Source of the DNA: an archaeon
Lineage (GTDB): Archaea; Nanobdellota; Nanobdellia; SCGC-AAA011-G17; GW2011-AR17
Length of the DNA stretch: 58,572 nt
Assembly: GCA_043797705.1 (NCBI GenBank)
Contig: JAZDPJ010000017.1
Location: 1 to 58,572, forward strand
Direction: 5' to 3'
The stretch's first letter is position 1. Every line of letters starts with the position of its first letter. Under the pieces are notes generated by a model. That model was not told the DNA's origin. It did not search any database and saw only the letters and a list, made by a program, of their open reading frames with translations. Made by a program: the position numbers and the translations under genes. This document shows, piece by piece, positions 27,858 through 37,241 of the stretch.

Positions 27858-28366
27858 TCTACGAACCAGCAGAAGACTCCTTCCTTCTAACAAAATATGT
27901 AAAACAATACGCAAGAGGAAAAGTATTAGATATGGGATGCGGTTCATGCATACAAGCTGAGGCTGCTGCAAAGAAAACAAAGAACATAACTGCTGTCGAC
28001 ATAAACCCCGAAGCAGTAAAACTTGCAGAAAAAAAAGTACTCAAAGCAATACGCTCAGACCTATTCGAAAAAGTGAAAGGGAAGTTCAATCTGATAATAT
28101 TCAACCCCCCATACCTGCCTGAAGAAAAAGGAGAAGACGCTGAATCACAACTTGCAACGACAGGCGGAAAGAAAGGCAATGAAGTGCTGAAGAGATTCCT
28201 TGAACAAGCAAAAAGACACTTAGCACTTGAAGGGCACATACTGATTGTCGTAAGCTCATTGACTCCGCAAGTAGAAGAACTGTTCAAAAAAAATGGATTT
28301 GAATTCAGGTTACTTGAAACTAAAAACCTATTCTTTGAGAAACTAATGGTCTATCTACTGGATTAG
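27854..28366 (+). CDS. HemK/PrmC/Mtq2-type SAM-dependent methyltransferase
   Basis: 170 aa with SAM motif I VLDMGCGSC and the NPPY tetrad (IIFNPPYLP). Confidence 0.75.
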   Translation: MIYEPAEDSFLLTKYVKQYARGKVLDMGCGSCIQAEAAAKKTKNITAVDINPEAVKLAEKKVLKAIRSDLFEKVKGKFNLIIFNPPYLPEEKGEDAESQLATTGGKKGNEVLKRFLEQAKRHLALEGHILIVVSSLTPQVEELFKKNGFEFRLLETKNLFFEKLMVYLLD

Positions 28367-29193
28367 TATTCTTTGAACTGGATTCTAAGATCAACATAAG
28401 GCATAATTGCCCCAGTATTTTCGGCAAATGACACTGTGAAATTTCTACCTTTAGTGTATTCATTCAAATAATTGCCTAACCAAGTTATTTTATCAAAATC
28501 AATTGCACCAAGTATTTTTTGCTCATCTCTTGTAAGTTCAATGGAACTAGGCTTCTTGTTTGTATGCAACGCTCCGCAGTATACAACAATTCTAGCATTA
28601 GGATCCCTAAGGAATATTAATTCTTTAAGATTATTAAATGCAATCTTTTCACGAATATTGGTTATTTCTGGCTTATTATTAATCCATGCCATATCATAAC
28701 GCACAACTTTCATATCCAGCTTTTTTGAGGCCGCAATCACATCTAACCAGCCAGTTACATATAAGTTTAGCTTGAATAGATTCTCATCCTGAATTTCTTC
28801 CATTCTAATTCTGCCCTCAATATAATCTACAAGTGCATTGAGATAAGAGACATCGGGAAGGTTTACAGGAATCTCTACTGCCATATAATCAAACCCTTGA
28901 TTTTTTAAATCTGGGAGAATACTAATCACAAAATCATTATCTTTTTTATAAACATCATGAACCTCACCAAACATAACCACCTGATTCTTAGCAGCCTCCT
29001 CTAAAATTTTAGCCTTAATCTTTCCAGCTTTTTCAACGCTATCTAAAACCTCAATTTCTATATTTTCTAGCTCGATCTTCTGACTTTTAACAATCGTAGA
29101 TAACCTCTTAGACTCAACATCATTCTTACAATGAACACATCCTGCTAAGACCAAAGCCGTTAAACTCGTTGCCAATAAGTTCTTAATGTTCAT
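28363..29193 (-). CDS. Exported lipoprotein-like protein, TIKI/TraB/GumN/ChaN-like motif pattern
   Basis: 276 aa with a signal peptide and LVLAGC. Ordered motifs FGEVHD, AVEIP, NIREKIAF and CGALHT give a GxxH...E...R...GxxH series. The family call is inference. Confidence 0.55.
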   Translation of the reverse strand: MNIKNLLATSLTALVLAGCVHCKNDVESKRLSTIVKSQKIELENIEIEVLDSVEKAGKIKAKILEEAAKNQVVMFGEVHDVYKKDNDFVISILPDLKNQGFDYMAVEIPVNLPDVSYLNALVDYIEGRIRMEEIQDENLFKLNLYVTGWLDVIAASKKLDMKVVRYDMAWINNKPEITNIREKIAFNNLKELIFLRDPNARIVVYCGALHTNKKPSSIELTRDEQKILGAIDFDKITWLGNYLNEYTKGRNFTVSFAENTGAIMPYVDLRIQFKEY

Positions 29194-29305
29194 TTTACTC
29201 GGAATATGGGCATTAGGGGATGTTTATAAAAGTTTACCTTTTCTCGGGATATGCTTTTATTGGAATTAGGCGCTCTGAGTAATATTTCCAGCTGGTGTAT
29301 TCATT

Positions 29306-29348
29306 GGGTGTCTACATTTTAATCAAAATCTTCTTTTTGTAGTCACCC
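29306..29348. repeat. Palindromic element copy A (3' flank of fic)
   Basis: GGGTGTCTACA-21 nt-TGTAGTCACCC, with arms complementary at 10/11 positions. Overlaps the fic stop codon (29343..29345). Confidence 0.8.
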
Positions 29349-30227
29349 GTTATACTGTTTCTTAAACTCAGTTATTAAGAACTTCAATGTTGGCTTTACA
29401 TCTCCTGCCTTTTCAAATAACTGTAAAGTTTTGTAATATATCTGACGGTCTTTTAATAAAATATTTATTGGAGGATACTTGTGCTTAAGCAATACATAAT
29501 TCAGAAGCAACCTGCCTACACGCCCATTTCCATCCTGAAAAGGATGTATATTTTCAAACTGATTATGTACAACAGCTGCAAGTAATAATGGAGGATATTT
29601 ATCTTTATGGGTTTTATACCAATCAACTAATTCCAAAAGCATCTTTTTCACTTCCTTTGGGGGTACACCTTCATGAACAACTTTACCATTACCATCCATA
29701 ACTACAACTCTAACTGCTCGAAGATTCCCTGCAAAACTTTTTGTATTCTTAAAACATATCTTATGAAGTTCCTTTATCAATCCTAAAGAAAATCCCTCTT
29801 TAGTTTTTCTTATGTAATCCACAGCTTCCGCCACATTCAACGTTTCCCTATCATCTAGAGAATCGGGTTTCTCTTCATGAGACAGCAATCTTTGAACTTC
29901 TGGATAAGCAACATTAGAACCTTCAATAGCATTTGTGTTATAAGTAAATTTCTCGGTAAACTTCTTCCAATCTTGCTTGTCTAGATGAACTATTTCTATT
30001 TTTTTATCTAGCTTTTGATAATATTTCAACTCATCATCTGAGAATGCAAATTCCAAAATATTTTCTTTTAATTGTTGTTTAATTAATTCTTCTGCCCTTT
30101 TCCTAAGTATTTCAAGTTTCTTCTGATTTAGATTTGAGCCAAGGTATCTAGAAATTCTCTTGACCTTATCACCAACCCTATAACTATGGACCAGATAATG
30201 CTTCTTGCCCCTTTTTTCTACAAACAT
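29343..30227 (-). CDS. fic: Fic-domain protein (AMPylase-type), class II layout
   Basis: 294 aa with the Fic core HPFQDGNGRVGR and an upstream inhibitory-type motif TNAIEG ([S/T]xxxE[G/N]). Confidence 0.9.
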   Translation of the reverse strand: MFVEKRGKKHYLVHSYRVGDKVKRISRYLGSNLNQKKLEILRKRAEELIKQQLKENILEFAFSDDELKYYQKLDKKIEIVHLDKQDWKKFTEKFTYNTNAIEGSNVAYPEVQRLLSHEEKPDSLDDRETLNVAEAVDYIRKTKEGFSLGLIKELHKICFKNTKSFAGNLRAVRVVVMDGNGKVVHEGVPPKEVKKMLLELVDWYKTHKDKYPPLLLAAVVHNQFENIHPFQDGNGRVGRLLLNYVLLKHKYPPINILLKDRQIYYKTLQLFEKAGDVKPTLKFLITEFKKQYNG

Positions 30228-30238
30228 ACCTGCAATAA

Positions 30239-30279
30239 GGTGTCTACATTTAAATACTTTACTGTTTTTGTAGACACCC
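30239..30279. repeat. Palindromic element copy B (5' flank of fic)
   Basis: GGTGTCTACA-20 nt-TGTAGACACCC with perfect 10-bp arms, beginning 11 nt upstream of the fic ATG. Same orientation as copy A, sharing GGTGTCTACATTT and TTTTGTAGnCACCC. Confidence 0.8.
30249..30256 (-). promoter_or_regulatory. TATA-box-like element inside palindrome B (fic promoter candidate)
   Basis: The minus-strand reading TATTTAAA lies 22-29 nt upstream of the fic ATG, and no SD is present. This is consistent with a leaderless transcript. Confidence 0.4.
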
Positions 30280-30281
30280 TG

Positions 30282-30365
30282 TTAAGCATTTCCGTAATGC
30301 TTCAAGAAATCTGACTCCATGAAATGAAGCACTAGGCGTTCCTTCTTTAATTGGATTATATTCAT
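30282..30365 (-). CDS. 27-codon small ORF upstream of fic
   Basis: MNIIQLKKERLVLHFMESDFLKHYGNA. AAGGAG lies 6 nt before the ATG, and the stop is 3 nt from palindrome B. Below the track cutoff. Confidence 0.3.
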   Translation of the reverse strand: MNIIQLKKERLVLHFMESDFLKHYGNA

Positions 30366-30405
30366 AGTATTCTCCTTATTTTTTATTATGTATCTTTTGT
30401 ATTTC

Positions 30406-30999
30406 TCATTGTTTCTTAATCTTATAGCTTATCCTTTGCTTTTTCACATTTGGCTCAAGAACTATCTCATTTTTGTAAGTAGGGTATACTACAATAACAT
30501 TCTTTAATTCTTTCCAAAACGGGGAATCTTCTCTTAGATGAAAAGCTCCGGTTATAACCAGAATTTTTCCTTTTTTTTGATATTCTTTTATTAATTTGAT
30601 TTGATGCTGCTCTCTTTTTATTAAAAGTTCCATAAATTCTTTCATCTTTTTTTCTGTAGGTTCTTCTTTGTTCTCGTTTTTTTCTTTTACATTCTCAGGA
30701 TTCTTAATGCCAAAGTTCTTGAAGTCTATACCTATTACGGGTAGATGATATTTTTGACAGATCTTAAGCACTGGTTTTATGTCTTTTATTTCAGTCATCT
30801 CAGAAATCTGATGTTGCCTTAAAACATTCTCAAAATCTTTTGACTCTAGGAAGATATTGTCTTCTGCAAGTTCATACAGGACATAATCTGGCTTCTGTTG
30901 CATTATAAGTCTCTTTATCATCTTAAAGTCATCTAGGTAACCGTGTGTTTCTGCAAATAAAAGAAAAGAAAAATTGCTGAACTTTGTATTTTTGTTCAT
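30406..30999 (-). CDS. Cytoplasmic TIKI/TraB/GumN/ChaN-like protein (paralogue-type of 28363..29193)
   Basis: 197 aa with no signal peptide. Carries FAETHG, LYELAE, IKREQHQ and TGAFHL in the same order as the exported neighbour. Confidence 0.55.
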   Translation of the reverse strand: MNKNTKFSNFSFLLFAETHGYLDDFKMIKRLIMQQKPDYVLYELAEDNIFLESKDFENVLRQHQISEMTEIKDIKPVLKICQKYHLPVIGIDFKNFGIKNPENVKEKNENKEEPTEKKMKEFMELLIKREQHQIKLIKEYQKKGKILVITGAFHLREDSPFWKELKNVIVVYPTYKNEIVLEPNVKKQRISYKIKKQ

Positions 31000-31014
31000 T
31001 GGTTTTTACATCCA

Positions 31015-31590
31015 TTACTTTATCTCTTTCTTAAACAGGTATATAACATCGTAGGCATTGAAATCCTTTTTTGCTTTGCCTTTCAGCCGCGGATTACACT
31101 TCTCACCTCTAATGAACAGCCTTTTTGCATCCGGATAATTGGTCTCCTTTATTATATCATACCCCTTGCGCCTATAGTCTTTAGGCACTTTTTTGTGCTG
31201 TATCTGCACGAACAACAACGGAAGATATCCTCTATCGAGATAGAACCTCTCAGCATCCTCCTTGGATCCTAGGAGTATCCTCTTCTTACCCGTTGCTTTT
31301 GCATGGACTTCAAACAAAACCAGCATCTTTTTGCCTATGCCTCTTCTGCGGTAGGTTTTATCTACAGCAAATTCACCAAGTAGCACTGTTTCTTTTTTCA
31401 CAAAACCAAAAATTATGCCCACAAGTCTATCACGATCATAGCAGCCTATGAAAAGCTTAGGATTCTTAGCATACTGCTTTTTGATATAACCAAAAGTCCG
31501 GTATCTCTTCCTCTTCCTAGGATTAAGTATACTCTGCTGCAAACAATCAGCTTTACACAAATCACCTTTAGGCAAGAGCTTTATTTTCAT
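31015..31590 (-). CDS. GNAT-family N-acetyltransferase
   Basis: 191 aa with GNAT motif A FAVDKTYRRRGIGKKML. Confidence 0.75.
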   Translation of the reverse strand: MKIKLLPKGDLCKADCLQQSILNPRKRKRYRTFGYIKKQYAKNPKLFIGCYDRDRLVGIIFGFVKKETVLLGEFAVDKTYRRRGIGKKMLVLFEVHAKATGKKRILLGSKEDAERFYLDRGYLPLLFVQIQHKKVPKDYRRKGYDIIKETNYPDAKRLFIRGEKCNPRLKGKAKKDFNAYDVIYLFKKEIK

Positions 31591-31628
31591 ACTATACTAT
31601 TATAACAAAAGGCTATTAAAACTTATCA

Positions 31629-32399
31629 TTAATGATTATGTGATAATTGTAAAGAAAACATCTGAAGAAATTCCTCTTCCATGAAATGAAGCTTCCCAGG
31701 AATCAGCAAGCACTGCGGCAGCCTATTAAAATTCTTCTGCGACAACTCATCTGCACTGCCATATGCGATTTCCGGATCTTCGCTTCCCAAGTCTGCGCAG
31801 ATAACGCACTTAGTGTCTTTTGTGAAAACACCTTCTTTTCTCTTCTTCTCAACTGACAATAAAAATCTAATCGCATCAACAGCAAGCATAAACTTATTCT
31901 CTGAAGGATTGAGATCAAGCAACACCAAAGTATGCAGTTCTCTGTTCTCCTTTATCACATCGTAAGGAGCCTTGACATCCTTGTTATCGAAAGGTACGGA
32001 AGTAGTCTTACCGAAGTTATACAAGCTCAGACCAGTTATGCCGACTGCAGCCAATACAGAAGCGTTATTGATGACATGCACCTTGACATCCTGCTTCTTC
32101 GCCTCAAGCATAAGCGCTGAATGAGTAGTCGCAGAGAACACATCACCGATTATCAACAACGCAATGTCCACACTCTTTGCTCTCGGAAGTATCGACTTCT
32201 CAAAATCCTGCTCCACCATCTTCCTGTCAGCAAGTATTATTTTTTTACCATAGAACTCCTCAAGCTCCTCCTTAGAGCATGATAATTTGGAAGTATAGTT
32301 CTCCAAGTAGACTTCAGAGCATCTCTTGACTGTTTCCAAACCTTTCACAGTTATGTCCTTCTTGTCATGCAACCCCAATCCTATAAGATAAAATGCCAT
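31629..32399 (-). CDS. dph5: Diphthine synthase
   Basis: 256 aa with a tetrapyrrole-methylase-type N-terminus MAFYLIGLGLHDKKDITVKGLE and a C-terminal LLIPGKLHFMEEE typical of Dph5. Confidence 0.85.
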   Translation of the reverse strand: MAFYLIGLGLHDKKDITVKGLETVKRCSEVYLENYTSKLSCSKEELEEFYGKKIILADRKMVEQDFEKSILPRAKSVDIALLIIGDVFSATTHSALMLEAKKQDVKVHVINNASVLAAVGITGLSLYNFGKTTSVPFDNKDVKAPYDVIKENRELHTLVLLDLNPSENKFMLAVDAIRFLLSVEKKRKEGVFTKDTKCVICADLGSEDPEIAYGSADELSQKNFNRLPQCLLIPGKLHFMEEEFLQMFSLQLSHNH

Positions 32400-32422
32400 T
32401 TATTTGTTCTCCCTAATCGCTA

Positions 32423-32536
32423 TTATGCTGGACTCATTGCAGCAGGCCTCAACATAAGGCTGAACAGGAAATCATGCCCCTCATACTTGCCATAACTGTA
32501 CAAAGGATCGTTCGCATAAACAAAATCCTCATTCAT
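32423..32536 (-). CDS. 37-codon small ORF upstream of dph5 (speculative)
   Basis: MNEDFVYANDPLYSYGKYEGHDFLFSLMLRPAAMSPA. TATA-like TTTTTTAAAT lies ~20 nt upstream of its ATG, and it ends 24 nt before dph5. No other support. Confidence 0.2.
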   Translation of the reverse strand: MNEDFVYANDPLYSYGKYEGHDFLFSLMLRPAAMSPA

Positions 32537-32574
32537 CCTTAGGGGTAAGCTGTATCCAATTTAAAAAAGTTTGC

Positions 32575-33522
32575 CTAAACCTGCCTGAAAACGATACCAC
32601 GCATATTATTAGAAATGTAATCCTGAGCCTTCTTCGTCAAATCCCCATTGGACAGAAACAACAAAGGCAAGTTCTCCTTCTTGGCCTCATCAAAAGCCTC
32701 GCCTATCTCCTTGTCGCTGATCTTCTTCTTGTTCTTGGCCTTTACATAATAGCAATTCTTTCCGATAACCGAAGGGAACTCTATGACAAAATTAATCTCC
32801 TTATCCCGCTTCAGAAGCTTCTGATCGATAACAAAAATATTATTGCTGTTAAAGAAATCCAAGACAGAACTTGTGAACTCATCCTCAGAATGCAACACCC
32901 TAGTCGACAGAGTCTCCTGCCTGTCAGCTTTCTTCTTTCCCTTCTTATTAGGCTTGCCACTTATAATATCCTTAACCGCCTCCTCAGCCACCTTCTTCGT
33001 TGCTATCTCTTCAGAATCAACTGCAACAGGCTCCTCAACAGCTTCCTCCTTCTTGGCCTGGCCTTCAAGAACTTCTTTGATTATCCCTTTAGCATCATCA
33101 TCACTAATAGTGAACCATTTCCAGAATATCTCCTCAACACCATCAGCCTTAACAGTCAAAGGCACTGCAAAATCCTTTATCTCCCTCAAAGCAACCCTCT
33201 CCCAAGGCTCACAATAAGAATCACGAAGCACCTTATGCTCCTGCAATAACTCAAACGCCTTTCTAGGTCTCTCTGAAAGATGCTTGTGTATTTTAACTAA
33301 ACCCTCTTCCTGCCCTGGAACATAATACAACCTCGAACCACCAATCTTGCTGTGGCTCATCTTAAGAATCTTATTAGTTACCAACTCTGACAGAATCGCA
33401 GAAGCAAAAAGCAAATTTCCACTCATATGCTTAGAAACATCTGTCGGTAACAACGGACCATTCTCTTTAACATATGCAATAATCTTATCTTTCAGCTCTG
33501 CAACCTTATTCTTTTCAGCCAT
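32575..33522 (-). CDS. Hypothetical protein with winged-helix-like N-terminus
   Basis: ATG at 33522 (the track start 33525 is TTG). The N-terminus (LLPTDVSKHMSGNLLFASAILSELVTNKILKM...GGSRLYYVPGQ) looks wHTH-like. It continues with a charged linker and a C-terminal alpha/beta region of unknown function. Confidence 0.55.
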   Translation of the reverse strand: MAEKNKVAELKDKIIAYVKENGPLLPTDVSKHMSGNLLFASAILSELVTNKILKMSHSKIGGSRLYYVPGQEEGLVKIHKHLSERPRKAFELLQEHKVLRDSYCEPWERVALREIKDFAVPLTVKADGVEEIFWKWFTISDDDAKGIIKEVLEGQAKKEEAVEEPVAVDSEEIATKKVAEEAVKDIISGKPNKKGKKKADRQETLSTRVLHSEDEFTSSVLDFFNSNNIFVIDQKLLKRDKEINFVIEFPSVIGKNCYYVKAKNKKKISDKEIGEAFDEAKKENLPLLFLSNGDLTKKAQDYISNNMRGIVFRQV

Positions 33523-33624
33523 CAAGCTAATTAGAATCTAAAGGGTATAAATATTTTTGTATGCAAAACCCACCAACAACCTCTTTACTCCCTAAATGAT
33601 GAAGAAACTTTACTAATAACCCCT

Positions 33625-35928
33625 TTACTCAGCCTTTACATAAAACTCAGTACCACTCTCAGCCGCAGTGCCATCAACATTCCTTATTAACCCTTCAGAA
33701 TCATTAAAGGTTACCAAAAACCTGTAGTACCCTGGTTCTGATAAAGACAATTCGCCAAATAAATCACAGTAACTTATTTCCCCGCCCCCCTTGACAATAA
33801 TCTCCTCACTTGTCTGATCCTTAATCGTATTCCAAGTGCCAGAATCCCATTTCTGCAAAAACAACCCTAATCTTCCACTCTCTATCTCATCAAAATTGTT
33901 TCTCACAACCGCAGGCCGGCCCTTAAACAAATACTCGCTCGTGAGGGAATACTGCTGAGACCCTTCAAGCTCATTAGCCTTAACAGCCAACTGCCAAACA
34001 CCCTCCTCAGACTCATAAGATTCCATCGTAATCTTCTCCAAAGTATTCCTAGCATCAACACCCCTAGTTGCAGGCCTATCAAAATTCTCCGGATCAAGAA
34101 CATGAGGCAAATAAATCTTACCTGAAGGGCTTATGAGCTCCATATCAAGATCATTAATAAGCTCCGGCCCAGCCAAATCCGAATAACCCATTGTCACAGT
34201 CATCTTTTCCTTATCATACAAGAAAAAAGGCTTAACTATCAAGGAGTACCTATGCAAAGTATAGCTATCTATAGCGGCTGTCGCATAGTCCTCATTCACT
34301 ATCCTAAGAATGCTATCAGAAGCATCAACCTGGCCAAAACCAGCCATATAATTTACATATCTCCCCTCCACAGGAGCCGCAGTATCCACTATAATAGCTT
34401 TAATTAATCCGGGACTAGGATCAGTACCATTCAATCTTCGATATTGATCTACCATTAAGGCAACAACACCAGCAGTCAGCGGCGTGGCCATAGAAGTTCC
34501 AGAGAGGGAGATATAATTATCCCAAAAAGCATAACAAGACAGCACCCCGATATCTCTGCCCCCACCATAATTGACAACAGTCGGCTTGACTCTGCCAGCA
34601 TCATCCGGACCCAAGCTCCCATAATCAGCAAGCACAAGATTACCTTCACTATCAAGCATTGTAGCTCCGACAACTATAGCATTCTTTGAGCTGGCAGGCC
34701 CCCCACTCATAGTATGAAAACCGACTTTGTCTTCACCAACGAAACATCTTTCTCTTTGAGACACATCCGCACGTTCATTGCCGGCAGCAAACAGGATAGT
34801 CACTGAATCACCGTAATCACCATGAACAAACTCATCAACGAGCTCAGCTGAAATATCATATGATCCATTAACCTCACAAGGAAACCGATTCATTATAACA
34901 TTCGGACCGATAGAACTTGTTATGCAATAAACATCATTATCTTCAATCCCAGATTTATACTTGTCAAACATTTTATTAGGAGTCTCATAAACACAATACT
35001 CATCGCAAAGACCATGATCCTCTGAGAATATCTTTACCCCTGGAGCCACGCCACGAAACCTGTTGTCAAAAATGCCGGATTCTCTAGTTTTAGTATCTGC
35101 CTCGCAAAACTCCATTGCCCAATCCACAGGATGACGAACCTCGCACTCTCTTTCCAATGCTTTAACACTTTGCACACCAGTCCCGCCTAAACTGCAAGCA
35201 ACATGAGTCGGATGCATATCAGCCTGGGAATCTTGAACTCCACCAGGGTGCACTACACGATCTGCTAAATCCGGATGCTCCCTGCTTACATAACCCACAT
35301 CATAGACCATTACATTTACACCGCTGCCATCCAGCTTTTGGCTATCTGGAAAAATCGTATCTATCAGTACAGAATTGCTTATTATCCTACCATTTAAATT
35401 TAGAGAGCTTAAAGGAATCGGCGGGCTCCAAATCTTGTCAATGCCCTGTCTACCTCCTAATTCTTCACTGATTTTACTGACTTCCCCAATATTTTCTGCA
35501 GGCAATGAGACCGTGTAAATTCCGGTCTTAGGGTTGAACTCCTTAATTTTTGCACCGAACTCAGATATGTCTTTTTCAATATCACCTTTCGCTCTTATAA
35601 GAATGGTATATGCACCATCATACATCATCCAGGGTGTTTCAATTTTTTCCCTAATAAACTTTCCAATCTTTGTCTTTGAGGCAGTTTTTTTCTCCGCTAT
35701 TACCGATTCTTCTTTGTAAGGCTTTTGATTTGCGCACTGGAACCTAATAGCTTCATCCACAGAATATCCTGCCTTTTCTGTAGTACCCTGCAATATGATG
35801 CTATGCAGCTGTACGACCGGCTGCTTAGGTATGGGGCCTGGTTGATCTGAACCACATGCGAAATTCATGCTGGCTGCTAAAACTATAGTTGCTAAACTCC
35901 TTTTGATAGTACTCCTATATGATTTCAT
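33625..35928 (-). CDS. Secreted subtilisin-like serine protease (S8 family)
   Basis: 767 aa with a signal/lipobox-like ...MNFACGS. Asp region VMVYDVGYV, His region HPTHVACSLGG, Asn region FAAGNE and Ser region SGTSMATPLTAGVVAL. Long C-terminal extension. Confidence 0.88.
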   Translation of the reverse strand: MKSYRSTIKRSLATIVLAASMNFACGSDQPGPIPKQPVVQLHSIILQGTTEKAGYSVDEAIRFQCANQKPYKEESVIAEKKTASKTKIGKFIREKIETPWMMYDGAYTILIRAKGDIEKDISEFGAKIKEFNPKTGIYTVSLPAENIGEVSKISEELGGRQGIDKIWSPPIPLSSLNLNGRIISNSVLIDTIFPDSQKLDGSGVNVMVYDVGYVSREHPDLADRVVHPGGVQDSQADMHPTHVACSLGGTGVQSVKALERECEVRHPVDWAMEFCEADTKTRESGIFDNRFRGVAPGVKIFSEDHGLCDEYCVYETPNKMFDKYKSGIEDNDVYCITSSIGPNVIMNRFPCEVNGSYDISAELVDEFVHGDYGDSVTILFAAGNERADVSQRERCFVGEDKVGFHTMSGGPASSKNAIVVGATMLDSEGNLVLADYGSLGPDDAGRVKPTVVNYGGGRDIGVLSCYAFWDNYISLSGTSMATPLTAGVVALMVDQYRRLNGTDPSPGLIKAIIVDTAAPVEGRYVNYMAGFGQVDASDSILRIVNEDYATAAIDSYTLHRYSLIVKPFFLYDKEKMTVTMGYSDLAGPELINDLDMELISPSGKIYLPHVLDPENFDRPATRGVDARNTLEKITMESYESEEGVWQLAVKANELEGSQQYSLTSEYLFKGRPAVVRNNFDEIESGRLGLFLQKWDSGTWNTIKDQTSEEIIVKGGGEISYCDLFGELSLSEPGYYRFLVTFNDSEGLIRNVDGTAAESGTEFYVKAE

Positions 35929-36013
35929 GTTCTTGAGGATGTGAAAAATGAGGCCTTTAAAAGATTTACGGTCTTTCGGGTCTTTTGTAGCATCCCAGAA
36001 TTATCGTTGCTGC

Positions 36014-37234
36014 TTACTTCAGTTCTTCGCCCTTTGCAATAAGAAAATCATTTATCCCATTTCTAGACAGATGCACATCCCCGTTCTTTCTTCTTCTAAA
36101 GTACTCATCATAAGCTTCCCTATAGAGACTTGACCTCTTTTCATCCTTGATTCCCTTGTAGATGCTGCTTAATGAGTCCAATGCATTCGCATAAGAGCTG
36201 GTGTCTTTGTAAGGAGAAGCAATCGCAAGTTTGTATTCCTCTATGGCCTTATCGTAGAGACCCTTCCGACCCAGTATATTCGCCATGGTACATCTCAAAT
36301 TACCTCTGTACAAGGTATCAGGATGATTTTCCAAGAACTTTTCAGACTCTCCGAGAGTCTCCTCTGCCTTTCCTACAGATGCTATCTCCCCGCTACTGCC
36401 ATAAACATCTTGCAGTGCCTGCCGAATCTTAATGTATTCTGTGAACTCTGCTGGTATGAGCCCATATTCCTCTGCAAGCTCGACCTTGGCAGCAATCTTA
36501 GTATTTCTCTCCTCACCTTTGCCTAACCATACCTGAAATTGATAAGGATAACCTTCTGCCATCTCGCAAAGCTCGGCTATATCCTCATACACATTTGTCC
36601 TCGCATAATTGGTAACAAAACCGAGTTTAACATTCTCCTCCAAATCTGATTTCTCGTCATCAATAAGAGACATTAATCCCTCCCGGACACCCTTCTCAAA
36701 GACACTGAGATAAAGGCTATTACCAGATCCGCCTTTGGCCAGATCCCGCCATCTCTCAAGGAACTCAGGATGCTTGTCCATTATCCCATGCGTCTTCGCG
36801 TGCTTTATCTCATGATGCACAATACTAGGGCCAGAATTCCTTTCTATATCTATCGTGTTGACAATGGGGTCGTACGACCCCATGCTTCCCCCAGATATGA
36901 GCTGTTCAATCTGCTGTATGGCAGATTTCTTAAAATAACTGCCTGGCCTGATAGTTATAGACCTCAAGTCTAAATGGCCTTCCAATCTCTCCTTGTCAAC
37001 TACTTCTGATATCAATGTGATCGCAGAAAGATTCTCTTCAATATCACTCTTCCATCCATGAATTGGGAAACCGAATTCTTCTGTGAATTCCTGCCTAACA
37101 TGTGAAGGTCTAAGCAAATTTGCGGCATTATTGATGCAATATACAGAACAGGTTCCTATGTGGAGCGCAATTGCTGCTGCTATTGATCCTTTCACGAGAT
37201 TTATCATCCCTTTGAATATCTTTGAAGTTTTCAT
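36014..37234 (-). CDS. Membrane-anchored HExxH zincin-like protein with TPR-like C-terminus
   Basis: Start set at the ATG at 37234 (MKTSKIFKG...), which avoids overlap with the GNAT gene. HHEIKH lies at 36800..36817, followed by YEDIAEL and EYGLI (36455..36469), as in 15134..17221. The C-terminus (LYDKAIEEYKLAIAS) is TPR-like. Confidence 0.6.
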   Translation of the reverse strand: MKTSKIFKGMINLVKGSIAAAIALHIGTCSVYCINNAANLLRPSHVRQEFTEEFGFPIHGWKSDIEENLSAITLISEVVDKERLEGHLDLRSITIRPGSYFKKSAIQQIEQLISGGSMGSYDPIVNTIDIERNSGPSIVHHEIKHAKTHGIMDKHPEFLERWRDLAKGGSGNSLYLSVFEKGVREGLMSLIDDEKSDLEENVKLGFVTNYARTNVYEDIAELCEMAEGYPYQFQVWLGKGEERNTKIAAKVELAEEYGLIPAEFTEYIKIRQALQDVYGSSGEIASVGKAEETLGESEKFLENHPDTLYRGNLRCTMANILGRKGLYDKAIEEYKLAIASPYKDTSSYANALDSLSSIYKGIKDEKRSSLYREAYDEYFRRRKNGDVHLSRNGINDFLIAKGEELK

Positions 37235-37241
37235 AGTATCC

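Noticed and set aside
29306-30279. Interpretation of the fic-flanking palindromes as integron attC sites (a CALIN-like cassette).
   Set aside because: Only copy B is followed by a GTTRRRY-like heptamer (GTTAAGC); copy A has GTTATAC. The elements are shorter than typical attC sites, no intI is visible, and neighbouring genes lack such sites. Kept only as one possible analogy.
30316-30330. 15-nt exact direct repeat TCCATGAAATGAAGC, also at 31678..31692 in the dph5 3' end. At protein level it gives LHFME..FL in both places. It could mark att-like duplication of the dph5 3' end around the 1.36-kb TraB-like and GNAT segment.
   Set aside because: My rough estimate for an AT-rich 58-kb window is that several exact 15-mers are expected by chance. 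Similarity does not extend beyond about 10 residues, and no integrase is present. Left unresolved rather than claimed.
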